Shown here: positions 10,782 to 20,170 of the stretch, piece after piece
Layout of the letters: every line of letters starts with the position of its first letter
Numbering within the stretch: position 1 is the stretch's first letter
Sequence record: DRR723986_5073
Direction: 5' to 3' (one strand)
DNA: 64,000 bases
The notes under the pieces: model-generated
Told to the model about the DNA's origin: nothing
Database searches by the model: none
What the model saw: the letters and a program-made list of their open reading frames with translations, nothing else
Position numbers and translations under genes: made by a program

Positions 10782-10798
10782 AGTGAACACTGTTCACT
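10782..10798. promoter_or_regulatory. Perfect inverted repeat AGTGAACA-C-TGTTCACT, probable TetR operator
   Basis: 8-1-8 palindrome 27 nt upstream of the TetR ATG, in a divergent promoter region. Confidence 0.75.
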
Positions 10799-10824
10799 TT
10801 TCGAACGTTGATCGTGGCTGCGGC

Positions 10825-11520
10825 ATGGATTCGGACTACACCCTCGAGCAGACCCCCGCGACGCGGCGGCGCAACAAGGTGCGCGAGGCTATCCTCGCCG
10901 CTGCCGAGCGCATGTTTGCAAAAGAGGGCGAGAGCGGCCTGTCCATCCGGCGGCTGGCCGAAGAGATCGATTACTCCCCCTCGGCGATCTACAAATATTT
11001 CGGTTCCAAGGAAGAGCTGCTGGAGGAGTTGAAGGACAGTTTCTTCGAGCGCCTGCTGGACCAGGTGGACCGCGTGTCTGCCGCCAACATGAATTTCCAC
11101 GACCGTGCCCGCGCCTGCGTCACAACTTATGTGTCCACTGCGACGGCCCGTCCGCACCACTATGCCGCCGCGTTCTCGTCGATCCCGACGCGGGAGGAAC
11201 TGGTGGCCCGCAGGCAGCTCAGCTGGGATGACTTCATTGCCACGCCGAAGGGGCAGGCCTTCAAGATCCTGGTCGATCTGGTGGAAGAGGGGCAGGCGCT
11301 CGGCGTGTTCGATCCCGCGCTGGAGCCGATCAAGACGGCCAAGTCGATCTGGGCCTCATCCCATGGGCTTGCGCTTCTGATGATCCACATGCCCATCCTG
11401 CCGGACGTCCAGCCCTGTCCGACCCAAACCGACGGCGACTTCGTCGCGTATCATGCAGACATCGTCATGCGCGGCCTGGCCGTGCCCGCTGACCCTCCGC
11501 ACAAGAACGGAACACGCTGA
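10825..11520 (+). CDS. TetR/AcrR-family transcriptional regulator
   Basis: ILAAAERMFAKEG...SIRRLAEEIDYSPSAIYKYFGSKEEL HTH. Head of the efflux operon. Confidence 0.93.
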   Translation: MDSDYTLEQTPATRRRNKVREAILAAAERMFAKEGESGLSIRRLAEEIDYSPSAIYKYFGSKEELLEELKDSFFERLLDQVDRVSAANMNFHDRARACVTTYVSTATARPHHYAAAFSSIPTREELVARRQLSWDDFIATPKGQAFKILVDLVEEGQALGVFDPALEPIKTAKSIWASSHGLALLMIHMPILPDVQPCPTQTDGDFVAYHADIVMRGLAVPADPPHKNGTR

Positions 11521-12701
11521 TGACTCACTCGCACCCTTATGAGGGCAATGAGATCAGGGAGAAGAAGCCAACCGCGCTGAAGGGGCTGGTCTTCCTGCTC
11601 CTGCTGATCGGGTTCGGCGCCGGCATGTTCTTTGCCGCGACCCGCCTGCGCAGTGCCGAAGGGCCGAAAGTGGCGCATGAGGCGCCGGCACCGCTGACGG
11701 TGGCCGTGGTCATCGTGGAGCCGACCGACGCGTTCGATCTGAAGGAAAGCTATACCGGTCTTGCCGAAGCGCGCCGCACCAGCATGCTGGGTTTTGCGTC
11801 CAGCGGTCGGATCGCCGAGATCCGCGCCGATGTCGGCGACAAGGTGAAGACAGGCGCTCTGCTGGCAAAGCTCGACACGCGCAGCCTTCAGGCGCAGCTC
11901 GCCTCGGCGAATGCACAGGTCGAGGAAGCCCGCGCGGCACATGACCTGGCGCTCAGCACCGTGCAGCGCCAGCGCCAATTGAAATTGCAGGGCCATGTCT
12001 CGCAACAGAGTGTCGATGAGACTGAAGCGCAGGCCAATACAGCGATGGCTCGCGTCGAAGCCGCCAAGGCACAGGCTGATACGCTCCGCGTCCAGATCGA
12101 TCTTGCCGCCATCACGGCGCCATTTGATGGCGTGGTGACGCAGCGCCTTACCGACGAAGGTGCCATCGCAGCAGCCGGCCAGCCAATCCTTGAGCTGGTC
12201 GAGAAGAGCCATCTCGAAGCCCGCCTGGGCCTGCCGGCCGCCAGCGCGGCACTGCTGCAGCCGGGCAAGGAATACACGCTGGTAGCCGACACCGGCGAAG
12301 TGACGGCCCGCCTGCGCAATGTGACCGGTGTGATCGATGCCAACCAGCGCACCGTGGGTGCCGTGTTCGATATCGAAAATCCGGACGCCATCGCTGCGGG
12401 CGCTGTGGTGCGCCTCGCGCTTGACCGGAGTGTTGGCGAAGAGGGCTTCTGGGTGCCGGTGAAGGCGCTCTCGGCCGCCTCCCGCGGACTGTGGACCGTC
12501 TATGTGGCGGACCCGTCGGACGCTGGCTGGACGGCCGTGCCGCGCCCGGTCGAAATGGTACACAGCGATGGCGACCGCGCCTATGTGCGCGGGCCCATCC
12601 AGCCGGGCGCGCGGGTAATCGTCGACGGCCTGCAACGCATCACGCCCGGCATGCCGGTGACGCCCCGCGAGTCCCAGCGGGCCAATCTCGCAGACGACTG
12701 A
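11520..12701 (+). CDS. RND efflux periplasmic adaptor (membrane fusion protein)
   Basis: N-terminal TM, lipoyl halves (GRIAEIRADVGDKVKTGALLAKLD; ITAPFDGVV) and alpha-hairpin. Confidence 0.93.
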   Translation: MTHSHPYEGNEIREKKPTALKGLVFLLLLIGFGAGMFFAATRLRSAEGPKVAHEAPAPLTVAVVIVEPTDAFDLKESYTGLAEARRTSMLGFASSGRIAEIRADVGDKVKTGALLAKLDTRSLQAQLASANAQVEEARAAHDLALSTVQRQRQLKLQGHVSQQSVDETEAQANTAMARVEAAKAQADTLRVQIDLAAITAPFDGVVTQRLTDEGAIAAAGQPILELVEKSHLEARLGLPAASAALLQPGKEYTLVADTGEVTARLRNVTGVIDANQRTVGAVFDIENPDAIAAGAVVRLALDRSVGEEGFWVPVKALSAASRGLWTVYVADPSDAGWTAVPRPVEMVHSDGDRAYVRGPIQPGARVIVDGLQRITPGMPVTPRESQRANLADD

Positions 12702-12707
12702 CGAGCC

Positions 12708-15700
12708 ATGGTCAAGGCGCTCAGTCTCTTCTATCGCCTGCCGCGCCTGACGGCGCTGTCGATGCTGATCATGCTGATCGGCGGCCTGGGATCGATGCTG
12801 ACGCTCGGCCGTCAGGAAGATCCGACGCTGGTCGAGCGCTATGGCAATGTGGTCGCCTTCCTGCCCGGCGCCGATGCCGAGCGGATGGAGGCGTTGGTCA
12901 CCGAGCCGCTGGAATCGGCGCTGATGGAATTGCCGGAAGTGAACGAGCTTCACTCTTCCTCCCGGGCCGGTGTGACCCAGATCTCGCTGGATATCCGCGA
13001 CGATCTCGATGCCACCGAAGTCGACAATGCCTGGACGCTGGTCCGCCAGAAGGTGAACCAGGCGCAGGCGGAATTCCCGCCCGGTGTCTCCGTACCGGAA
13101 GTGACGCAGCAATATGTCGGCGCCGCCACGCTGGTGGTCGGCATCCGCTGGGAGAATGAGGCCGTCCCCCCGCTAGCTGTAATGCGCCGCCTCGCGCTGG
13201 ACCTGCAGGACCGGTTCGAACGTCTTCCAGGCACGGAACTGACGGAGACTTACGGCCTCCCCGCAGAAGAAGTGCGCGTGGTCATTGACCCGGATGCGCT
13301 GGCGGCGACCGGCCTGTCTTTCCGGCAGGCGGCAGCGGCGCTGGCCGCAGCCGATTCCAAGGCTCCGGCCGGGCGCCTCAGGGCAGAGGGCGGCAATGTC
13401 GGCTTCCAGATCGGCGGGGAGTTCGACTCCATTTCCCGCGTGCGCTCCGTTCCCATCATCCAGCGTGGTGACGGCACGGCGGTGCGCCTCGGCGACATTG
13501 CCGATGTTCGCAAGGGGCTGGCTGATCCGCCGGTGAACATGGCCTTCGAGAATGGCCACCGGGCGATCCTGATCGGCGTCTATATCTCGCCCGGCCAGCG
13601 CGTGGACCAGTGGGCGGATACGGCGCACGCGGTTGTGGAGGATTTCGCGCGCGACACCCCGCCGGGCCTCACGATCCGGACAATTTTTGACCAGAGCACT
13701 TATACGAATGCCCGCCTGACCGGGCTCGCGCAGAACCTGCTGATCTCAGCCGGGATTGTGTTCTGCGTCCTGTTCCTGACCATGGGCTGGCGGTCCGCCT
13801 TCGTGGTCGGGGCGGCGCTGCCGCTGACCGTGGCGCTGGTGCTGATCCTGTTCAAGGTGTTCGGCCATCCTCTGCACCAGATGTCGGTGACGGGCCTGGT
13901 GATTTCGCTCGGCCTGCTGATCGACAATGCCATCGTCGTGGTGGACGATTTCGACCAGTGGCGCGTGCGCGGGCTGAACCGTCTGGACGCGATTGAGCGC
14001 AGCCTGAAACATCTTTTCGCGCCGCTGGGCGCCTCGACGCTGACCACGGCGCTGGCCTTCGCGCCGATTGCCATGCTGCCCGGCGGGGCGGGGGAGTTCA
14101 TCGGCATGATCGGGCTGTCGGTCGTGTTTGCGATCTGCTCGTCCTTCCTCATTTCCATGACGGTGATCCCGGCCATGGCGGGTTGGTTTGACCGGACGCG
14201 CGGCTGGGAACGCGGCGAGGCAACCCGCCCGCGCCGCTGGTGGCGGGACGGCATCACCTTCGACTTCCTCTCCGACGGTTATCGCGCGACGGTAGAGGCC
14301 GTGCTGCGTTTCCCGCCGCTCGGCATCGTGCTGGGCATCGCCCCGGCGTTCCTCGGCTTCTGGCTGGCCGGCCAGTTGCCCAACCAGTTCTTCCCCCAGA
14401 CTGAGCGGGACCAGTTCCAGCTGACCCTGGAACTGCCGCCCGAAGCGAGCCTGGCCGATACCGAAGCTGCGACGCGGCGGGCGACTGAACTGATCCGGTC
14501 CATCGAAGGCGTGAGGGATGTGACCTGGGTGCTCGGGGAACCTGCGCCGCGGGTCTATTATAATGCTATCAACAATACGCGCGGGGTTGAGGGACTGGCG
14601 TCCGGCTGGGTGCAGCTGGACAACAACCTCCGTACACGCCAGATTGTGGCTGACGTGCAGCAGCTGGTGCGCGCGGAGTTTCCGTCCGCGCGTTTCCTGG
14701 CACTGCCTTATGAGCAGGGGCCGCCCGCCGATGCGCCGGTGGAGTTCCGGATTCTCGGTGATGACTTCGAAACACTGAACCGGCTTGGCAATGAAACGCG
14801 CGCCGTCCTCGCGCAGACGCCAGGTGTGACCTACACGGTCGCCTCGCTGCAGCTTGGTGCGCCGACCATGAAGCTCGATGCGGACGAGACCGCTGCCGCC
14901 CTGACGGGCGAGCGGCTGACGGATCTTGCGGCAGATCTCAACGCCGAGCTGGAAGGCGTGCAGGCAGGCTCCGTTCTGGAAGGCACAGAGGAGCTGCCTG
15001 TCATGGTGATCGCGCCAGACAGCCGGCGGCGGGAATTGTCGAACCTGCGCTCGGCGACGGTCGGGTCAGGCTCCGGCGGCACCCCGCTGTCTGCATTGGG
15101 GCAGATGTCGCTTGATCCGGAGACGGCGGTGATCACGCGCTGGGACGGCCAGCGGATGAACCAGATCCTCGCCTATCTTGAACCCTATACGATCCCGGCG
15201 CCGGTGCTCGCCGATTACCAGGCGCGCCTGGAGGCGACCGGCTTCACTGTGCCTGCGGGCTACAGCATCGTCATCGGCGGCGAGGCGGAGAATTCGGCCG
15301 AGGCGGTGACCGACCTCGCCAGCGTCGGCGTCCCGCTGATCCTCGTCATGGCCGGGGCGATCATGCTGGTGTTCAATTCCTTCCGCATGATGGTGCTGAT
15401 CCTGTCGACCGGGTTCCTGTCCATTGGGCTCGCCTTCTTCGGCGTCTGGCTGTTCAACCTGCCCATGGGCTTCAACGCCATTGTCGGCAGCCTCGGCCTG
15501 CTCGGCATTTCCATCAACGCGTCGATCGTCGTGCTGAGCCTGCTGAAGGCGGATCCGTGGGCGATGGCTGACGATGTCATTCGCCAGCGCGAAATTGTTG
15601 TCGACGCGACCCGTCATATTGTGGCGACGACGCTGACGACGATGGGCGGTTTCATTCCGATCCTCTTGTCAGGGGACAATTTCTGGCTGCCGCTGGCGGC

Positions 15701-15839
15701 GGGAATCTCCGGCGGTGTGGCTGGATCGGCGCTGCTGTCGCTGTATTTCACGCCGGCAATCTTCCGGATCATGACCTACAAGCCCGTGCGCCGCCTGTTT
15801 GGCTATCGTCCCGCCATTCCGGAGACATCCGGTGAATAA
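12708..15839 (+). CDS. RND efflux permease (AcrB/AcrD/AcrF family)
   Basis: 1043 aa, 12-TM pattern, TEPLE and GLLIDNAIVVVD motifs. Confidence 0.94.
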   Translation: MVKALSLFYRLPRLTALSMLIMLIGGLGSMLTLGRQEDPTLVERYGNVVAFLPGADAERMEALVTEPLESALMELPEVNELHSSSRAGVTQISLDIRDDLDATEVDNAWTLVRQKVNQAQAEFPPGVSVPEVTQQYVGAATLVVGIRWENEAVPPLAVMRRLALDLQDRFERLPGTELTETYGLPAEEVRVVIDPDALAATGLSFRQAAAALAAADSKAPAGRLRAEGGNVGFQIGGEFDSISRVRSVPIIQRGDGTAVRLGDIADVRKGLADPPVNMAFENGHRAILIGVYISPGQRVDQWADTAHAVVEDFARDTPPGLTIRTIFDQSTYTNARLTGLAQNLLISAGIVFCVLFLTMGWRSAFVVGAALPLTVALVLILFKVFGHPLHQMSVTGLVISLGLLIDNAIVVVDDFDQWRVRGLNRLDAIERSLKHLFAPLGASTLTTALAFAPIAMLPGGAGEFIGMIGLSVVFAICSSFLISMTVIPAMAGWFDRTRGWERGEATRPRRWWRDGITFDFLSDGYRATVEAVLRFPPLGIVLGIAPAFLGFWLAGQLPNQFFPQTERDQFQLTLELPPEASLADTEAATRRATELIRSIEGVRDVTWVLGEPAPRVYYNAINNTRGVEGLASGWVQLDNNLRTRQIVADVQQLVRAEFPSARFLALPYEQGPPADAPVEFRILGDDFETLNRLGNETRAVLAQTPGVTYTVASLQLGAPTMKLDADETAAALTGERLTDLAADLNAELEGVQAGSVLEGTEELPVMVIAPDSRRRELSNLRSATVGSGSGGTPLSALGQMSLDPETAVITRWDGQRMNQILAYLEPYTIPAPVLADYQARLEATGFTVPAGYSIVIGGEAENSAEAVTDLASVGVPLILVMAGAIMLVFNSFRMMVLILSTGFLSIGLAFFGVWLFNLPMGFNAIVGSLGLLGISINASIVVLSLLKADPWAMADDVIRQREIVVDATRHIVATTLTTMGGFIPILLSGDNFWLPLAAGISGGVAGSALLSLYFTPAIFRIMTYKPVRRLFGYRPAIPETSGE

Positions 15840-15922
15840 CCCAATTGTGAGTGCGGCAGGCCTTGATGCCTGCGGCAAGCTGCCCCATGTGAGCTCCACA
15901 CCCTGAGCAAGAGGGACCCGGA

Positions 15923-16738
15923 ATGCCAGACACAAATCCCGACATCGGCGCCCCGCCGCCCGCATGGAAGCGCCTGCGCTTCGAAGCTGCCGCTGCCGCT
16001 GCAGATGAGCCTTCGCTGGCGGGCTACATCAATGCCGCGATCCTGGCCCATGACTCCCTGTGCGATGCGCTGGCCTATCACCTCGCTGAGAAGATCGGCG
16101 ACTCGACCATTGGCACCCAGCAGGTGCGGGATATCCTGTCGGATGCCTGCGAGTCCCATGACGAACTCGTCGACAAGGCTGAGGCCGACATGATGGCCGT
16201 TCTGGAGCGTGATCCGGCCTGCCGCGGCCTGCTTCAGCCCTTCCTTTTCTTCAAAGGCTTCCAGGCCCTTCAGACACACCGCATTGCGAATGTTCTGTGG
16301 CGTGAAGGCCGCGAGACGCTGGCCTTCCATTTCCAGTCCCGCGCGTCCGAGCTGTTCGGCGTCGACATCCACCCGGCCGCCCGGATCGGCAAGGGTGTCA
16401 TGCTGGACCACGCGACAGATATCACCATCGGTGAAACGACCGTCGTCGGCGATGGCTGCTCGATCCTGCAGGGCGTGACCCTGGGCGGTACCGGCAAGGA
16501 AGTCGGCGATCGTCACCCGAAGATCGGACGCGGCGTTCTGGTGTCCGTCGGCGCGAAAGTGCTGGGCAATATCCATGTTGGCGACGAGGCCAAGGTCGCC
16601 GCCGGTTCGGTCGTCCTGAAGGACGTGCCGGCGCACTGCACGGTTGCGGGTGTCCCGGCGAAGATTGTTTCCGGCCCGTCCTGCTGCCAGCCGGCCAGGA
16701 CGATGGACCAGTCGCTGCCGGATACTGCAGAGAACTGA
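15923..16738 (+). CDS. cysE: Serine O-acetyltransferase
   Basis: RDPAC, FKGFQALQTHR, DIHPAARIG, VTLGGTGKE..DRHPKIG hexapeptide motifs. Confidence 0.96.
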   Translation: MPDTNPDIGAPPPAWKRLRFEAAAAAADEPSLAGYINAAILAHDSLCDALAYHLAEKIGDSTIGTQQVRDILSDACESHDELVDKAEADMMAVLERDPACRGLLQPFLFFKGFQALQTHRIANVLWREGRETLAFHFQSRASELFGVDIHPAARIGKGVMLDHATDITIGETTVVGDGCSILQGVTLGGTGKEVGDRHPKIGRGVLVSVGAKVLGNIHVGDEAKVAAGSVVLKDVPAHCTVAGVPAKIVSGPSCCQPARTMDQSLPDTAEN

Positions 16739-17059
16739 TCCGTTCTGAACGGACATCCGTTCCTGGAAGTCTGGTGGTGATTCTCCCCCGACGGTCCCCT
16801 GATTCCGCCTCTGTAGCGGGACCATAACCAATTCGCAGGTCGACCGTTGCCTTCATCGATCATTTCCCGCCCGGCGAGACTGCCGGAGCGGGAATTCGTG
16901 CGCTGCACGAACCTGGCGCCCCTGAGGCCGCTTTTCTGCACGGCTGACGCGTCCGCCATGGATGCACAATGTTGTTGCCCCGAAACGTTTCGACTAAACT
17001 TCGGCGGCTAGTGCGTTCGCATTCCATGAGAATTTTCCGCGTCAGAAGGAGGCGGCCGG

Positions 17060-18262
17060 GTGAGCTTTGAGACCGTCGACGGGGAAGAGGGCGAGCGCGT
17101 TGTGCGCATGCGCCGGCTTGTCCGCCGGGAGGGTCACCTGCCGTTTGTACCGTTCGGGTTGATCCCGCTGGCTGGGCTGGGCCTGTTGTTTCTGATTGCG
17201 CTCGTTCCTTTTGCCTTAGGTGTACAGGGCGCAACCAAGCGCGCCGTGACCGAGGCGCTCGCCGCAAACGACGTGGACTGGGCACAGACATCCGTCAGCG
17301 GACAGTCTGTCACCATTACCGGAGCAGCGGCGTCTGGCGCTGAAGCGCACAAGGCCCGGATGATTGCGAAGCGCGCCGTCTCGGCAACGCCGTTCGGCCT
17401 GGCCCGCCCGGCGACGCGCGTGACCGTTCCGCAAGGGCCCTATGCGAACCAGCCAGCCACGGAAGAGGTTGAAGCGCCGCGTCCCGCCGCACCCTTTCAG
17501 GATGTGACCGATGAAGCCATCGCGGCGCCTTCCTGGACCTTCACCCTGACCCACGGCGTCCTGACCCTGAATGGTACGATGCCGGACCAGGACACGAAGG
17601 ACACAGTTGTCCGGCACGCCTTCGACAAGATCTACCCGCCCCGTATCACGGGCGTGAACGACTATTTGGACATTGCCGGCCTCGTGCCCCCGGAGGGCTA
17701 TATCGAGGTGGCGCTGCGCGGCGTGAACACAATCACCCAATGCGACACGGGCCAGGCAGGGTTTGAGCGGGGCCGGTTCAACCTACGCTGCGAACTGCCG
17801 GACACCGAAGCCGACGATGTGCGCAATGCCGCTGTTGCCTCTATGCCATTGGGCACGATTGGCAAGATCGATATCCTGCCGCACGAAGCGGTCGTCAGCT
17901 GTGAGGCGGAACTGACCGATTTACTGAAGGAGGCTCGGATCGAGTTCGACTCCTCCAGTGCCGTCATCGACGCCTCCAGCAATGATCTGCTGGATGCGGT
18001 CGCAGCAGCGGTAAAGAAATGCCCCGGCACACTCCGCATCGAAGGACATACCGATTCCACCGGTCCGGAAGACGAGAACGAAACCCTCAGCCGCAACCGG
18101 GCGCTCGCCGTGCGCAATGCGCTGGTCGCCCGCGGTGTCGACCCGCAGCGCCTGATCGCGGAGGGCTATGGCGCGGCCCAGCCGGTTTCTTCGAACACCA
18201 CACCAGAGGGACGTGCGCGTAATCGCCGGATCGAGATCCGCGTCGTGCGGGCGTCCGAATGA
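17060..18262 (+). CDS. Membrane-anchored BON + OmpA-family peptidoglycan-binding protein
   Basis: TM helix, BON-like segments, C-terminal IEGHTDSTG...LSRNRALAVRNAL...GYG...NRRIE. Confidence 0.88.
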   Translation: MSFETVDGEEGERVVRMRRLVRREGHLPFVPFGLIPLAGLGLLFLIALVPFALGVQGATKRAVTEALAANDVDWAQTSVSGQSVTITGAAASGAEAHKARMIAKRAVSATPFGLARPATRVTVPQGPYANQPATEEVEAPRPAAPFQDVTDEAIAAPSWTFTLTHGVLTLNGTMPDQDTKDTVVRHAFDKIYPPRITGVNDYLDIAGLVPPEGYIEVALRGVNTITQCDTGQAGFERGRFNLRCELPDTEADDVRNAAVASMPLGTIGKIDILPHEAVVSCEAELTDLLKEARIEFDSSSAVIDASSNDLLDAVAAAVKKCPGTLRIEGHTDSTGPEDENETLSRNRALAVRNALVARGVDPQRLIAEGYGAAQPVSSNTTPEGRARNRRIEIRVVRASE

Positions 18263-18308
18263 CGTTTAACCCAACAGGGGGCTTCGGCCCCCGATACGAG
18301 TAAAATCC

Positions 18309-20054
18309 ATGCTGTTCCTGCTGCTCCAGATTTTCCTGCTGATGGTCCTCGCCGCCGCGTGCGGGGCGGGCCTTGCCTGGTGGTGGTTCCGCCGGAACTT
18401 CGAGGACGTCACCGTCTATCACGAGGAACTGCTGACTGGCGCCGAACGCGCAAAGGACCAGCCACCGCCGGTCACGAAGGAAGAGCTGAAGGAGAACCTC
18501 GCCAGCCTTGCCCCGCCTGACCTGTCGCCCCTGCATGAGCGCCTCGCGAAGATTGAAAGCGCGCTGTCGCTGACCGGCGGCGCCGGCCTCGGTGCGATCA
18601 ATGACCGGTTCACCGAAACGCGCGGCCTGCTCAGCCGGATGGAAACGCTGATGCAACAGCCGGACGATGCGCTGGAAGGCGTTCTGGGCCGCCTGTCCGA
18701 TATCGAAAGCTCGCTCCTGTCTGTCTCCAATGAAGTGGCCAGCCTGCAGAATGCCGATCTCGACCCGCTTGAAATTCGCATGGCCCAGCTGGAAGAACTG
18801 ATCCGTAGCCAGACTGCTCCGGAGGTCGATCTCGGCCCGGTGCATTCCGGTCTCGCGCGGCTGGAGCTGGCCATAGAGAACATGGAGTTCCCGGATGTAG
18901 ACTTCGAGCCGGTACGTACGCACATGGCGGCCATGGAAGCGCGGCTCGCCGAGTTTGCCGACCGGATCGATACGGCCCGCAAGGCCGACATCGAAGAGCT
19001 GATGATCCGCATGTCGACGCTCTCCTCCTCGCTGGCGGGCCTGCGTGTGCCGGATCTCGACTCGGTGAAGGAACGCCTGTCGAAGATCGAGGACGCGGTC
19101 GCCAACATCGAGTTGCCGGAGACGGACTTCACGCCGCTGGTCAACGAGTTCCGCAATATCGAAGGCATGCTGCGGGCGCCGTCTGAAGACATGCGCGTCA
19201 TGCACACCAAGCTCGCCGATATCGAAGGCGGCAGTGCGTCGCTGCACTCCAAACTGTCGGGCGTGGAGCATACGGTGGCGATGCTCGCCCGGTCGGGTGT
19301 GGACCTGACGCCGGTACAGACGCGCCTGTCGAATGTCGAATCCGCACTCGCCTCGTTGCGGGTCGAGTTGCAGTCGTTGCCGGATTTCGGTCCGATGGAG
19401 CGTCGTCTCGCGGCCCTGCAGGACTCCATGCTGGCGATGCGCGAGCCCGACCTGTCGCCGGTGCTGTCGTCCATGCGCAAGCTGGATGCCCGGATTGACA
19501 TGGGCGTGGTCGACAGCCGTCTGGCCAATATCGAGTACACGCTGGCCGCCCTGAACCACATCCTGCGTGCAAGGGATTTCAGCCATCTGCGCGGGGAGGG
19601 CGAATATGTTTACCGCCAGCCTGTGGCATCGCCGCCGCGGCCGGAAACGTCCGCCTTCGCCAAGATCGATCAGGTGTTTCCCAAAGCCCCGGCGCCGCAG
19701 CGCCCGGCCGATCCGGAACCAGAGCCAGAGCCGGAGGTGAAGCAGGAAAGCACAGCCCACCCGCTGGAAATCGCGCTCCGGCCCGGCGACAAGGCCAATT
19801 TGCTGATCGAGCCAGCCTTCGGAAACGAGGACGATCTGGAAGTGATCAACGGCATCGGACCGATGCTGGGCGAGCTGCTGAACGAGATCGGCGTCTATTA
19901 TTTCTGGCAGATTGCCGAATGGGGGCCGGCAGAGATTGAGTGGGTCGACAACAAACTGGAGCATTTCAAGGGCCGGATCGAGCGGGATGAATGGGTCAGC
20001 CAGGCCAAGGAGCTGGCCAAACTGCCCACGTCTGCGAAGCATCCGGCCAGCTGA
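18309..20054 (+). CDS. Membrane-anchored helical-repeat protein with C-terminal HhH-like domain
   Basis: N-terminal TM, repeated PDLxP...RLxxLE helices, C-terminal DDLEVINGIGPMLGELLNEIGVYYFWQIAEW...GRIERDEWVSQA. Confidence 0.8.
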   Translation: MLFLLLQIFLLMVLAAACGAGLAWWWFRRNFEDVTVYHEELLTGAERAKDQPPPVTKEELKENLASLAPPDLSPLHERLAKIESALSLTGGAGLGAINDRFTETRGLLSRMETLMQQPDDALEGVLGRLSDIESSLLSVSNEVASLQNADLDPLEIRMAQLEELIRSQTAPEVDLGPVHSGLARLELAIENMEFPDVDFEPVRTHMAAMEARLAEFADRIDTARKADIEELMIRMSTLSSSLAGLRVPDLDSVKERLSKIEDAVANIELPETDFTPLVNEFRNIEGMLRAPSEDMRVMHTKLADIEGGSASLHSKLSGVEHTVAMLARSGVDLTPVQTRLSNVESALASLRVELQSLPDFGPMERRLAALQDSMLAMREPDLSPVLSSMRKLDARIDMGVVDSRLANIEYTLAALNHILRARDFSHLRGEGEYVYRQPVASPPRPETSAFAKIDQVFPKAPAPQRPADPEPEPEPEVKQESTAHPLEIALRPGDKANLLIEPAFGNEDDLEVINGIGPMLGELLNEIGVYYFWQIAEWGPAEIEWVDNKLEHFKGRIERDEWVSQAKELAKLPTSAKHPAS

Positions 20055-20170
20055 TCAACTCTGCCTGAGCGGTCCTTATCTTCCCCTTTTCCCCTCCGCC
20101 GAATTGCGGTTAAGCTGAGTTTCAGTGCTGGGGACGACGGTGACGATCTCAAGGGAAGGGGACGCGTGCC

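Noticed and set aside
18087-20042. Long antisense ORFs (also 11451-13112, 20498-21715, 43535-44803, 52328-53491)
   Set aside because: Shadow ORFs opposite well-supported genes, expected from GC-rich codon bias, with no recognisable motifs.
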